Below, in pieces: positions 8,656-16,558 of a stretch of 64,000 nt of DNA. This stretch comes from Candidatus Latescibacterota bacterium (GTDB lineage: Bacteria > Latescibacterota > UBA2968 > UBA8231): positions 1,344,001 to 1,408,000 of the forward strand of contig OZ220089.1 of the NCBI GenBank assembly GCA_964291625.2. Direction: 5' to 3'. Every line of letters begins with the position of its first letter. Position 1 is the first letter of the stretch. A program made the translations under genes and the position numbers. The notes under the pieces were generated by a model. The model saw only the letters and a program-made list of their open reading frames with translations, had not been told where the DNA came from and made no database searches.

Positions 8656-11133
8656 TCACTGCAGGATGGCGAAGTGGCCCGTCTGCTTGCCGCCGGGGTA
8701 CTCCGCCACGTAGATGTAGAGACCGCTGGTGACCTCGATGCCGTCCTTGGAGAACATGTCCCAGAACAGGGTTCCGTCGAACTCGTTGGTGCCGTCGAAG
8801 CGAAGGACGTCGATCACCTGCCCGGAGACGTCGAGGATGGTGATCTCCGTCCCCGTGGGCAGGTTGATGAACAGGATCTTGTGCTGCTCACCCGTGTCGT
8901 GCAGGGCCTGGCGCTTGTAGGGGTTCGGCAGCACCCGGATCGCCAGGTTGCCCGCCACCAGGTCCCCGGCATCGGCCAGAGGCGCCTTCAGGATGAAGGG
9001 AGCGCCGATGTCCTTGAGAGAGTTCAGATCGTTGGGGTCAGGGTAGAAGGCGTTGGCGGTGGTCCACCAGTAGGTCCCCTCCCACGACCCGGAGGCCCCG
9101 TTGACGTTGTTGCGGTGGGTCTCCAGGGAGGTGTAGGGCCAGCCGTTGATCTCGCCCTGCTCGTCGTCGTAGGCGGCCACGTAGTAGTAGTAGGTGAACC
9201 CGAAGCTCACCAGGTCGCTGTCGTCGGTGAACTTGTACTTGTAGGTGCCGCTGTCGTCGCCGTCGTTCATGTAGGAACCCAGGTCGCCGGCGGGGATGTT
9301 GGCGATCAGCCGGTAGGGGCCCCAGGCGTTGGGTTCCTGGTCGCGGTAGGCGTCGGAGCTGATGTTCGGGTTGTTGGCCCGGCCGAAGGCCGCCAGCTGG
9401 GCGTCGCTCGGATTCGCCTCCGTCTGCTCGTGATAGCGGTCGAGCATGCGGATGCCGAGCTGGCGCGTGTCCACCCGCGGGAAGGGCGTGGAGCGGTAGA
9501 TCTTGTAGCCGGCGAAGTCCGCCGCCGACTCGGCCCGGTCGTCCCACTTGACCTCGATGTTGAGGTCGGGGTCGGGACGGCTGGGGGCCACCTTGATGTC
9601 GGGCGTCGGAGGCGGCGCCGGAACCTGCCAGTTGTTCTCGTACGCCCACTGGGCGGCCGAGCGCGCCCGGCGGACGCCCTGCAGCCGGAACCCGCCGTAC
9701 TCCGCCATGGTGATGTTGATCGTCTCGCCCACCTCCAGCGAGAAGGGACCCAGGCCCACGTAGTGGTCGCCGTCGAAGCCGTGGGCGATGGTGTACCCGG
9801 CGTCCCAGTCGGAGTCGCTGCCGTCGGGCAGGGCGCCGGCGTTGCCCTTCTCCCAGTTCTGGGCGAAGGTGCCGTTGTACTTCATGTCCCCGCGCGGCTG
9901 CCCCCGCTCCCCCTCGGGCTTGACGGCGGCCACGAAGGACAGGGGGTTGCCCTCGACGATGTCGGGATGGGTGGCGTCGAAGTAGTTGGGATCGGGCTTG
10001 AGGACGAAGGCGGTGCGGTCGGAGATCCGGCCCCCGTTCTCGTAGAAGGTGCCCATGGAGAGAACGTGGTTCTCCCAGGGGTTGTGGTCGTTGTTGCCGT
10101 AGCCCTTGCTCACCGAGGTGTACCAGCCGCGCTCCGCCCCGGTGCCGACGGGATGGCTGTCGAAGATCGTCTTCTTGTCCGGCTGGTCGAAGCTGGAGCC
10201 GTCCGCCGGGAGGGCGCCCTCCTTGACCGCCATCCACTGGGAGCCGGTGTAGATGTCGTAGTAGTAGTGGCGCCGGCGCATGGTGTTGCCCAGCTCGCGG
10301 CTGCCGTCCGGCGCCCAGGGAATGTCGTCGGGACCGGTCTCGCTCAGCTGCGAGGGAGCCGGACCGGTGAAGGTGACCGGCACGTCCCAGGGGTTGCCGT
10401 CGGCGTCGGGGGTGGCGTCGTAGCCACTCACCGGACCGGTGAACCAGCCGCTGGCGCCTCGCCGGCCCGCCTGGCTGTTGGACATGGAGTTGATCAGCTC
10501 GTTGCGCAGGTTGAGGACCAGGGCCTCGATCTTGCGCCCCGTCTGCTCGGGGTTGCCGTCGCCGTCGGGATCGAAGACCCCCGTGTTGGTCAGCTCGAGC
10601 TCGAGGACGAGGAAGTCGTTCATGTTGGCGTGGTTGAGGGACCACTGGCGGATGCGGTACTTCACGTCCACGCCGATGTTCGTCGGCGTCGAGCCCTCAT
10701 AGATCATCTGGTGCCGGTTGCCGGGGTCCACCCAGCGGGCGCCGTCGTCCGCCGTCCCGGATCCGAGGGCCGGCGCCTGAAAGGCGTACACGTAGTCCTT
10801 GGCGCGGGGATCGGAGGAGGTGGTGAAGTTGTTGATCCCCGGACTGTATTCGATCATCTCCACGGCCTGTTTCCAGGGGATGTGGATGTTCTCTCCCCCG
10901 GGGTACATCTGGGTGGGCGTCGTCCACTGGCGGTCGAGGTTGCCCACGCGGAACAGGTAGTAGAGCTGGTTGGGATCGGTCTCCACCTCGTAGTAGGTCT
11001 TGCCCACGTTGGTCGGCAGGTACGTCTCCCACAGGTCGCCCGCCATGATGACGCCCGGGCCCTGCGCACCTGCCGTCCCGGCGAGGAGCAACACCAGGAT
11101 GCCGGCGCGTGCCGGCTTGAGGTACTTGATCAT
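8656..11133 (-). CDS. Secreted protein with an Fn3-like region and a T9SS type-A-like C-terminal sorting domain
   Basis: GGAGG RBS, signal peptide MIKYLK..AGA; C-terminus VLPNPY..ILFINLP..ITILDVSGQVI..WD..G..VTSGLYIY. Confidence 0.8.
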   Translation of the reverse strand: MIKYLKPARAGILVLLLAGTAGAQGPGVIMAGDLWETYLPTNVGKTYYEVETDPNQLYYLFRVGNLDRQWTTPTQMYPGGENIHIPWKQAVEMIEYSPGINNFTTSSDPRAKDYVYAFQAPALGSGTADDGARWVDPGNRHQMIYEGSTPTNIGVDVKYRIRQWSLNHANMNDFLVLELELTNTGVFDPDGDGNPEQTGRKIEALVLNLRNELINSMSNSQAGRRGASGWFTGPVSGYDATPDADGNPWDVPVTFTGPAPSQLSETGPDDIPWAPDGSRELGNTMRRRHYYYDIYTGSQWMAVKEGALPADGSSFDQPDKKTIFDSHPVGTGAERGWYTSVSKGYGNNDHNPWENHVLSMGTFYENGGRISDRTAFVLKPDPNYFDATHPDIVEGNPLSFVAAVKPEGERGQPRGDMKYNGTFAQNWEKGNAGALPDGSDSDWDAGYTIAHGFDGDHYVGLGPFSLEVGETINITMAEYGGFRLQGVRRARSAAQWAYENNWQVPAPPPTPDIKVAPSRPDPDLNIEVKWDDRAESAADFAGYKIYRSTPFPRVDTRQLGIRMLDRYHEQTEANPSDAQLAAFGRANNPNISSDAYRDQEPNAWGPYRLIANIPAGDLGSYMNDGDDSGTYKYKFTDDSDLVSFGFTYYYYVAAYDDEQGEINGWPYTSLETHRNNVNGASGSWEGTYWWTTANAFYPDPNDLNSLKDIGAPFILKAPLADAGDLVAGNLAIRVLPNPYKRQALHDTGEQHKILFINLPTGTEITILDVSGQVIDVLRFDGTNEFDGTLFWDMFSKDGIEVTSGLYIYVAEYPGGKQTGHFAILQ

Positions 11134-11163
11134 CGTATTTCCTCCCATGAGTCCCTGATCGGC

Positions 11164-14106
11164 TCAGAAGTCCAGGCTCACGCCGAGCCCGATCTGGCGC
11201 GGCGGACCGTACAGCGGGATCGACTGGCCGCTGAAAGCGCGGTTCAACTCCCCCGTCGGATCCTGGTCCTCTTCCCACAGGACCTGGCTGGGGATGGTGG
11301 AATTGTCGAAGGCCAGCACGTTCTCCCTGTCCAGCAGGTTGGTGATCTCCAGGAAGAAGCCCGCCCGGGTGCCGAGCAGCTCCAGCCCCCGGGTGAGGCG
11401 CACGTCCGTGCTCGCGTTGATCGGGCCCCGCTCGGTGGCGCGCTCGCGGGGGTCTTCCGAGGTCTGGGCCAGCGCGTAGAGGAAGCCGCTCTCCAGGCTC
11501 TGGATCAGCGACAGGTCGATGCCTGCGGGCAACTGGGCCAGCAGGGACAGGCTCAACTGGTGGGCGCGGTCGAAGCCGGTGGTGAGGGAGTTGTTTCCTC
11601 CCTGGACGTTGCGCTCCACCGTGTTGAAGGTCTCCCGGTCCTCCAGGGGGACCTCCGTGTCGCCGGCGGCAAAGGCGTAGCTCGTCTTGTCGGGGTACGG
11701 CGTCAGCCGGCCGGCCCCGCCCGAGGCCTTGATGTAGCTGAAGGCATAGTTCAGGCGCCCCGAGATCATCTTGCCCGGCCGCCGGAAGAGGGAGAGCTCG
11801 ATGCCGCGGGCGTCGGCGTAGCCGAAGCTCGTGGTAAAGGTGTAGGAGCCGAAGCCGGCGCCGGCGGCGGGGTCGGGGTTAATGGCGTAGCCGATGCGTC
11901 CGTAGTTCTCGATGTCGCGGTAGTAGGCGGTGATGTCGGCGAGGTAGTCCGGATGGAAGCCCCACTGCAGGCCCATCTCGTAGGCCGTGGCCTCCGGCGG
12001 GTCGGCGTTCACGTCGCGCACGTTGGGCAGCGACGGGTTGGCGAAGGTGCCGTACTCGTCGTAGAGCTGCGAGAACGGGGGCGGCGTGTAGAACTTGCCC
12101 CACGAGTAGTGCATGGCCGCCGTCTCGGAGATCGGGTGCGAAATGCCGAGGCGCGGCTGCCAGAACATCTTGGTCTCGGCGTCGTCGCCGAGGCGCGCCT
12201 TGCGCGTGATCTGGCCGTTGGACAGGGTATCCTGCATCGAGGGATTGAAGAAGTCGGCCAGGACCTGGGCCCCCGGGTTGAACATGTCGAGGCGCACGCC
12301 GGCGTTCACGATGACGCCCTCGTACTCGATCTTGTCCTGCACGTAGAGGGCGGTCTCCACAGGATTCAGGGTGTACGCCGTGGTCTCGAAGGGGAAGTTC
12401 GGGTCGTAGATGACCTTGACCTGGGTGCGCTGCTGGAACTGGTCCAGGGTGTGGCGCCGGTAGAGCAGGCCGGTCTTCAACTGGTGGTTGAAGTTGTACT
12501 GGTGGGTGAGGTCGGCCTTGAGCTGCGTCACGTTTCGCTTCAGCTCCTCGTAGTAGAACCCGGGCTGGCCGAAGCGGTACTGATTGTTGGAGAAGCCGAG
12601 GGTGAAGAACTTCTCGTTCCCCGGGTCGGAGGTGAAGAAGGTGAAGTTGCCGTCGGCGTCGACGGCGCTGCCCCCCACGCCCAGGTAGAGCTCGGACTCG
12701 GCGGCCGTGTCGATGCGGATGAAGTCCCCGCCCTCGTCCAGAGTTGAGACGCCGTCGCCGTTGTCGTCGGAGAAACCGAACTCGCTCGTCCGGTTGAGCT
12801 GGGAGAGCTTGACGTCGATGATCGTCCGCTCCGACAGGGTGTGGCTCAGGCCCAGGTAGGCCAGGACCCCCAGCTTCTTGTTTCCGATCGCCCCCTGCGG
12901 GTAGAACTTGAAACGCCCGTTGAAGTCGCGGTTCACCCAGCCGCCGAGCTGGCCGCCGTCGTCGACCGACACGTTGGCGGTGACCTTGAGGGCATCGGTG
13001 GGCCGGTGGGTGGCCTTGAGTGAAAAGCGGGCGCCGCGGTTGAGGGCGTTGGCGAAGTTGCCCCGGTCGTCGAGGAAGCGGCCGCTGAAGAAGAAGTTGC
13101 CCCGGCGGGTGAGGGGGCCGCCCACGGACAGCTCCAGCTCGTGGCGCAGAGCGTCGCCGTAGCCGATCTCGTCGATGGTGCCCTCGTCGAAGCTGTAGTA
13201 GGCCGCCTTGTCCTTCTGCGCATCGTCGTCGGCATCGGCCAGGGCGGCGCGCTCTTCGAGATACTTGGACAGATCGTTGTAGACGTCGGGGCCGGCGTTC
13301 TTCGTGCCCGGGCCGGTGCGGTAGAACACACGGGTCTCGAGCTTCTCTCCGCCCTCCCGGGAGACGACGTTGACGATGCCGGCGGTGGCCGCGTCGTACT
13401 CGGCGTTGAAGGTCCCGGAGATCACGTCCAGGCTCTGCACGGAGGAAGCGTTGACGCCCACCGAGGTGAACTCGCTGCCCACCGAGCGGTGCGTCGCCGT
13501 GTAGGGCGAGTAGACGCCGTTGCCCTCCCCGGCCCGGAAGTAGCTGTCAGAGACGTCGATGCCGTCGAGCAGGACCTTGGTGTCGGCCCGGCGGCCGCCG
13601 CGGATGAAGCCCCGGAAAGAGCTGGGTGTGGTGTTGATCAGGTCCTGCAGGCCGGAGACCGGCATGCTGTTGTTGATCTCGCTGGGGTCGATGGTCTGAC
13701 GAGTAGAGGTCAGGCTCTTCTCCACCGGGGGCCGCTCGGCGAGGACCACGACCACGGGACCCTTGATCGCCTCGGCGGCCAGGGAGAAGTCCACCGTGGT
13801 CGTCAGGTCCAGCCGCACGGCCACATCGGTCTTCTGAACGGTCTGATGGCCCACGTAGCCGGCCTCGACGGCGTAGCGCCCCGGCGGCACGTTGAGGATG
13901 AAGTAGCGCCCCTCGTCGTCGGTGACGGTCCCCACACGGAAGCCGCCGACCTCGGTGCTCACCCGGGCCCCTATCAGGGCCTGCCCTGATTCGTCGGTGA
14001 TCGTGCCCGAGATCTTGCCGTAGCTGGCCAACGCGGGCTGGACGCCCAACGCCAGGGCCAGGACCACGAGGGCGAGTGCGGGTCGAACCCTTTGCAGCAC
14101 CTCCAT
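11164..14106 (-). CDS. TonB-dependent receptor with a carboxypeptidase-regulatory-like N-domain
   Basis: True start MEVLQRV with RBS; GKISGTITD..GRYFILNVPPG; IRGGR plug; GTFNAEY; C-terminal PRQIGLGVSLDF. Confidence 0.92.
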   Translation of the reverse strand: MEVLQRVRPALALVVLALALGVQPALASYGKISGTITDESGQALIGARVSTEVGGFRVGTVTDDEGRYFILNVPPGRYAVEAGYVGHQTVQKTDVAVRLDLTTTVDFSLAAEAIKGPVVVVLAERPPVEKSLTSTRQTIDPSEINNSMPVSGLQDLINTTPSSFRGFIRGGRRADTKVLLDGIDVSDSYFRAGEGNGVYSPYTATHRSVGSEFTSVGVNASSVQSLDVISGTFNAEYDAATAGIVNVVSREGGEKLETRVFYRTGPGTKNAGPDVYNDLSKYLEERAALADADDDAQKDKAAYYSFDEGTIDEIGYGDALRHELELSVGGPLTRRGNFFFSGRFLDDRGNFANALNRGARFSLKATHRPTDALKVTANVSVDDGGQLGGWVNRDFNGRFKFYPQGAIGNKKLGVLAYLGLSHTLSERTIIDVKLSQLNRTSEFGFSDDNGDGVSTLDEGGDFIRIDTAAESELYLGVGGSAVDADGNFTFFTSDPGNEKFFTLGFSNNQYRFGQPGFYYEELKRNVTQLKADLTHQYNFNHQLKTGLLYRRHTLDQFQQRTQVKVIYDPNFPFETTAYTLNPVETALYVQDKIEYEGVIVNAGVRLDMFNPGAQVLADFFNPSMQDTLSNGQITRKARLGDDAETKMFWQPRLGISHPISETAAMHYSWGKFYTPPPFSQLYDEYGTFANPSLPNVRDVNADPPEATAYEMGLQWGFHPDYLADITAYYRDIENYGRIGYAINPDPAAGAGFGSYTFTTSFGYADARGIELSLFRRPGKMISGRLNYAFSYIKASGGAGRLTPYPDKTSYAFAAGDTEVPLEDRETFNTVERNVQGGNNSLTTGFDRAHQLSLSLLAQLPAGIDLSLIQSLESGFLYALAQTSEDPRERATERGPINASTDVRLTRGLELLGTRAGFFLEITNLLDRENVLAFDNSTIPSQVLWEEDQDPTGELNRAFSGQSIPLYGPPRQIGLGVSLDF

Positions 14107-14197
14107 GGCTCTCCTCCAGAGTGGTTCCTCAGGACTCCGCCCTGCGGAGCCGGAACAGCGGATATTGACTGGGAATTCGGTACAGCGTGAAACATCT

Positions 14198-14250
14198 AAG
14201 TTACGGCCGGAGAGCCGGATGACGCAACGTTTTTCGTCGCAACGTTTGCA
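14198..14250 (-). promoter_or_regulatory. Putative promoter with tandem LacI-type operator-like sites upstream of the TonB operon
   Basis: CGCAACGTTT repeated at 14223-14232 and 14238-14247 (AACGTT core); minus strand TTGCGT-N18-TAACTT overlaps the first copy. Confidence 0.5.
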
Positions 14251-14321
14251 TGGTGGGCCCCGAGGCCAGGGCCCCGGGAGGAGCTCCCGGACCGGCTGCC
14301 CGGCCTGCCCCTGCGGTCGGA

Positions 14322-16241
14322 CTACCAGAAGAACAGGTGATTGCCGGTCATGCCGGTGATCCCGTCGATGAGGCACCACAGACCCCCGGTGGCGTAGTGC
14401 CCGAGGATGAGCCCCAGGAAGAAGGGCCTGGCCCGGCGGTAGAGGGTGACGCCGCCGTAGCGCAGGACCGAGGCCTTCACCAGCCAGCCGATGAAGATGC
14501 TCGGCATCAGGTGGTGGGTGGTCCACATGGCGCTGATCGGAAAGGCGATGGGGTGCACCGGAAACCAGAGGAACCGCTTGGAGGCCAGGGTCAGGGCCAG
14601 CTGCACCGCCCCGCCCGCGCCGGTGACGCCCAGGAACTCCCAGGTGAACCCCGCCGGGTTGGCGAGGTGGTAGGCGGTGAAAGTGTAGGGCAGGGTGGCG
14701 GCCCTCTCTCCGAAGAACCAGAAGCTGAGGTTGAGGGCGCCGTGGCGGTAGCCGAGGGTCAGGACCGTGACCACCGAGGCGCCGGCGGCGCACAGCACGG
14801 CCAGCAGGACAGCGGCGGCCAGGCGGCGTCGGTGCCGGGTGATGTAGTGCTCGGCCAGCCGCAGGCCGTGGATGACGGCGGCCATCAGGGTGACGCGCAT
14901 CCCCCCCGCCCAGGTGAAGGTCATGCCGAGGGCGCCGAGGTTGGCGTGTCCGAGGGCGCTGGCGCCGAAGGTGCCGAGGAGGGCATCCACCGGCACCAGG
15001 GGGGCCTTGGTCACCGCCAGCCCGCCTTCGGCGACGATCCGGCTGAGGCCGAACATCACCCCCAGGGCGGTGGCGATCAGGAGCGGCGCCAGCCACCAGG
15101 CCATGCCGGCGGCGTGAAGCCAGATCCACATGACGAGCACCGATGCCCCCAGCAGACCGACGGCCTGCCGATAGGACAGGATCTCGTCGCCGTCCTCGCC
15201 GGAGCCGGCGGCGACATGGCGCCAGATCCGCTTCAGGTGGTGGCGGGCCACCCAGAGGGAGCTGGCGGCGAGCACCGCCAGGGCCCCGAAGCCCTGGTAG
15301 GCCAGGTAGGCCGAACCGAGGGCGATCCCCTCGACGCGCTGAGTCCCGGGGACTCCGAAGTGCAGGAGGACGGCCCGCTCCAGGGTGGTCAGCAGCCCGA
15401 GGAACCACATGCTGAACCCGAGCTTGGTGCTCAGCAGGAACCCGAAGCCGACCACGGCGTGGCTGATCGACCAGCGCAACTGGAAGTTCCCGTCCCAGAA
15501 GTAGTAGTACTTCCAGATCGGCACCCCCTCGGGAACGATGGGGTAGTAGTTGTGCAGGGCCCGCAGGGAGTACTGCAGGAAGGGGATCAGGATGCCGATC
15601 CAGACGGCGGGATTGCGGAAGAAGCCGCTGACGACCCTGCGTCCCTCGCCCTCCTCGCCGATCATCGAGATCGGCACCTGCACGAGGGGGAAGGTGAGCC
15701 GCTCGTGCTGGATCCACTGTTTGCGGACCAGCACCATGAGCGCCGTCATCGCCGCGTACGCCGCCAGCAGCAATGGCAGCCACCCCAGCAGCGGCGCCAG
15801 CCACGCCATCCAGGGCAGGGGCGTGCCCGACGGCAGCCCCTCGTAGAACCACTTGACCGCCTGCGAGTCGGAGACCCGCATCCACTCCGGCAGGAAGGGC
15901 ACGATCTCCTCGGCCCAGCCGTTCTCCGGCGTGGAGAAATAGGTCCCCGAGGAGATGTGGGGCAGGAGCTGGCAGACGAGGCCGAGGGTCGGGATCGTGC
16001 AGGCCACGGCGGCCATGATGTAGACCGTGGCCAGTTCCGCGGCGGCGAACCGCCAGCTCCGCCGCAGCAGGCCGAGGAGGGGGTTGGCCGCCAGCAGGAA
16101 CAGCAGGAAGAAGAAGACCGCCCCCGGCGTGCTGTAGTCGAAGTGCAGCGGCGAGCCGGAGACGATCAGGTTCTCGTAGGGAGCGGCCACCCCCAGCAGG
16201 ACGGAGACCACGGCGCCGGCGAAGAGGGCGCGGAAGGTCAC
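14322..16241 (-). CDS. DUF6785/DUF6784-like polytopic membrane protein (putative transporter)
   Basis: Many TM segments; RKQWIQHERLTFPLVQVP, WFPVHPIAF and YGGVTLYRRARPFFLGLILG. Confidence 0.75.
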   Translation of the reverse strand: MTFRALFAGAVVSVLLGVAAPYENLIVSGSPLHFDYSTPGAVFFFLLFLLAANPLLGLLRRSWRFAAAELATVYIMAAVACTIPTLGLVCQLLPHISSGTYFSTPENGWAEEIVPFLPEWMRVSDSQAVKWFYEGLPSGTPLPWMAWLAPLLGWLPLLLAAYAAMTALMVLVRKQWIQHERLTFPLVQVPISMIGEEGEGRRVVSGFFRNPAVWIGILIPFLQYSLRALHNYYPIVPEGVPIWKYYYFWDGNFQLRWSISHAVVGFGFLLSTKLGFSMWFLGLLTTLERAVLLHFGVPGTQRVEGIALGSAYLAYQGFGALAVLAASSLWVARHHLKRIWRHVAAGSGEDGDEILSYRQAVGLLGASVLVMWIWLHAAGMAWWLAPLLIATALGVMFGLSRIVAEGGLAVTKAPLVPVDALLGTFGASALGHANLGALGMTFTWAGGMRVTLMAAVIHGLRLAEHYITRHRRRLAAAVLLAVLCAAGASVVTVLTLGYRHGALNLSFWFFGERAATLPYTFTAYHLANPAGFTWEFLGVTGAGGAVQLALTLASKRFLWFPVHPIAFPISAMWTTHHLMPSIFIGWLVKASVLRYGGVTLYRRARPFFLGLILGHYATGGLWCLIDGITGMTGNHLFFW

Positions 16242-16334
16242 CGCGCCCTGGCGCGAGGTGGATCGGGCAGGGATGGGAGTGGATCCGGGGATCGGGCAGG
16301 TCCGCGGGAAGGAGGACGGGGTCGGGACTAAGGT

Positions 16335-16533
16335 GGGGGGCGGCCAGCGGCCCCGACAAGCCCGGCCCCCCGGCCCGCCACGGGGTGCTCGATCCCGCGG
16401 GCGGCTCGCTTCCGCATCCCTTGCGCCTCGACGACAGGCCGGACCATCTTCGCGGTTCAGCGAGCCCCTCGCACCGGGGCCCGGGCCTCCTGGTTCCTGA
16501 CGGCGGGCCTCCCGGCCACCGGATGCGCCCCCC
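16335..16533 (-). ncRNA. Candidate structured ncRNA or cis-element of unknown class
   Basis: Nested helices: 16335-42/16526-33, 16344-52/16514-22, 16372-80/16501-09, 16384-88/16471-75 and 16403-10/16459-66; non-canonical pairs are G-U only on the minus strand. Confidence 0.5.
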
Positions 16534-16558
16534 TCCCCTTCGCCGATGCGAGAACAGC

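Noticed and set aside
8650-12747. 1365-aa plus-strand ORF (also 3644..5851, 16457..21388, 17179..20862, 21311..24112, 33211..35811 and 55147..57720)
   Set aside because: Shadow or alternate-frame ORFs typical of very high GC DNA; they overlap genes with clear family motifs
16335-16533. tRNA, tmRNA, canonical SRP or RNase P call
   Set aside because: No TTCRA T-loop, no GGAA-loop SRP helix-8 motif, and no GAGGAAAGTCC; kept only as an unknown structured element
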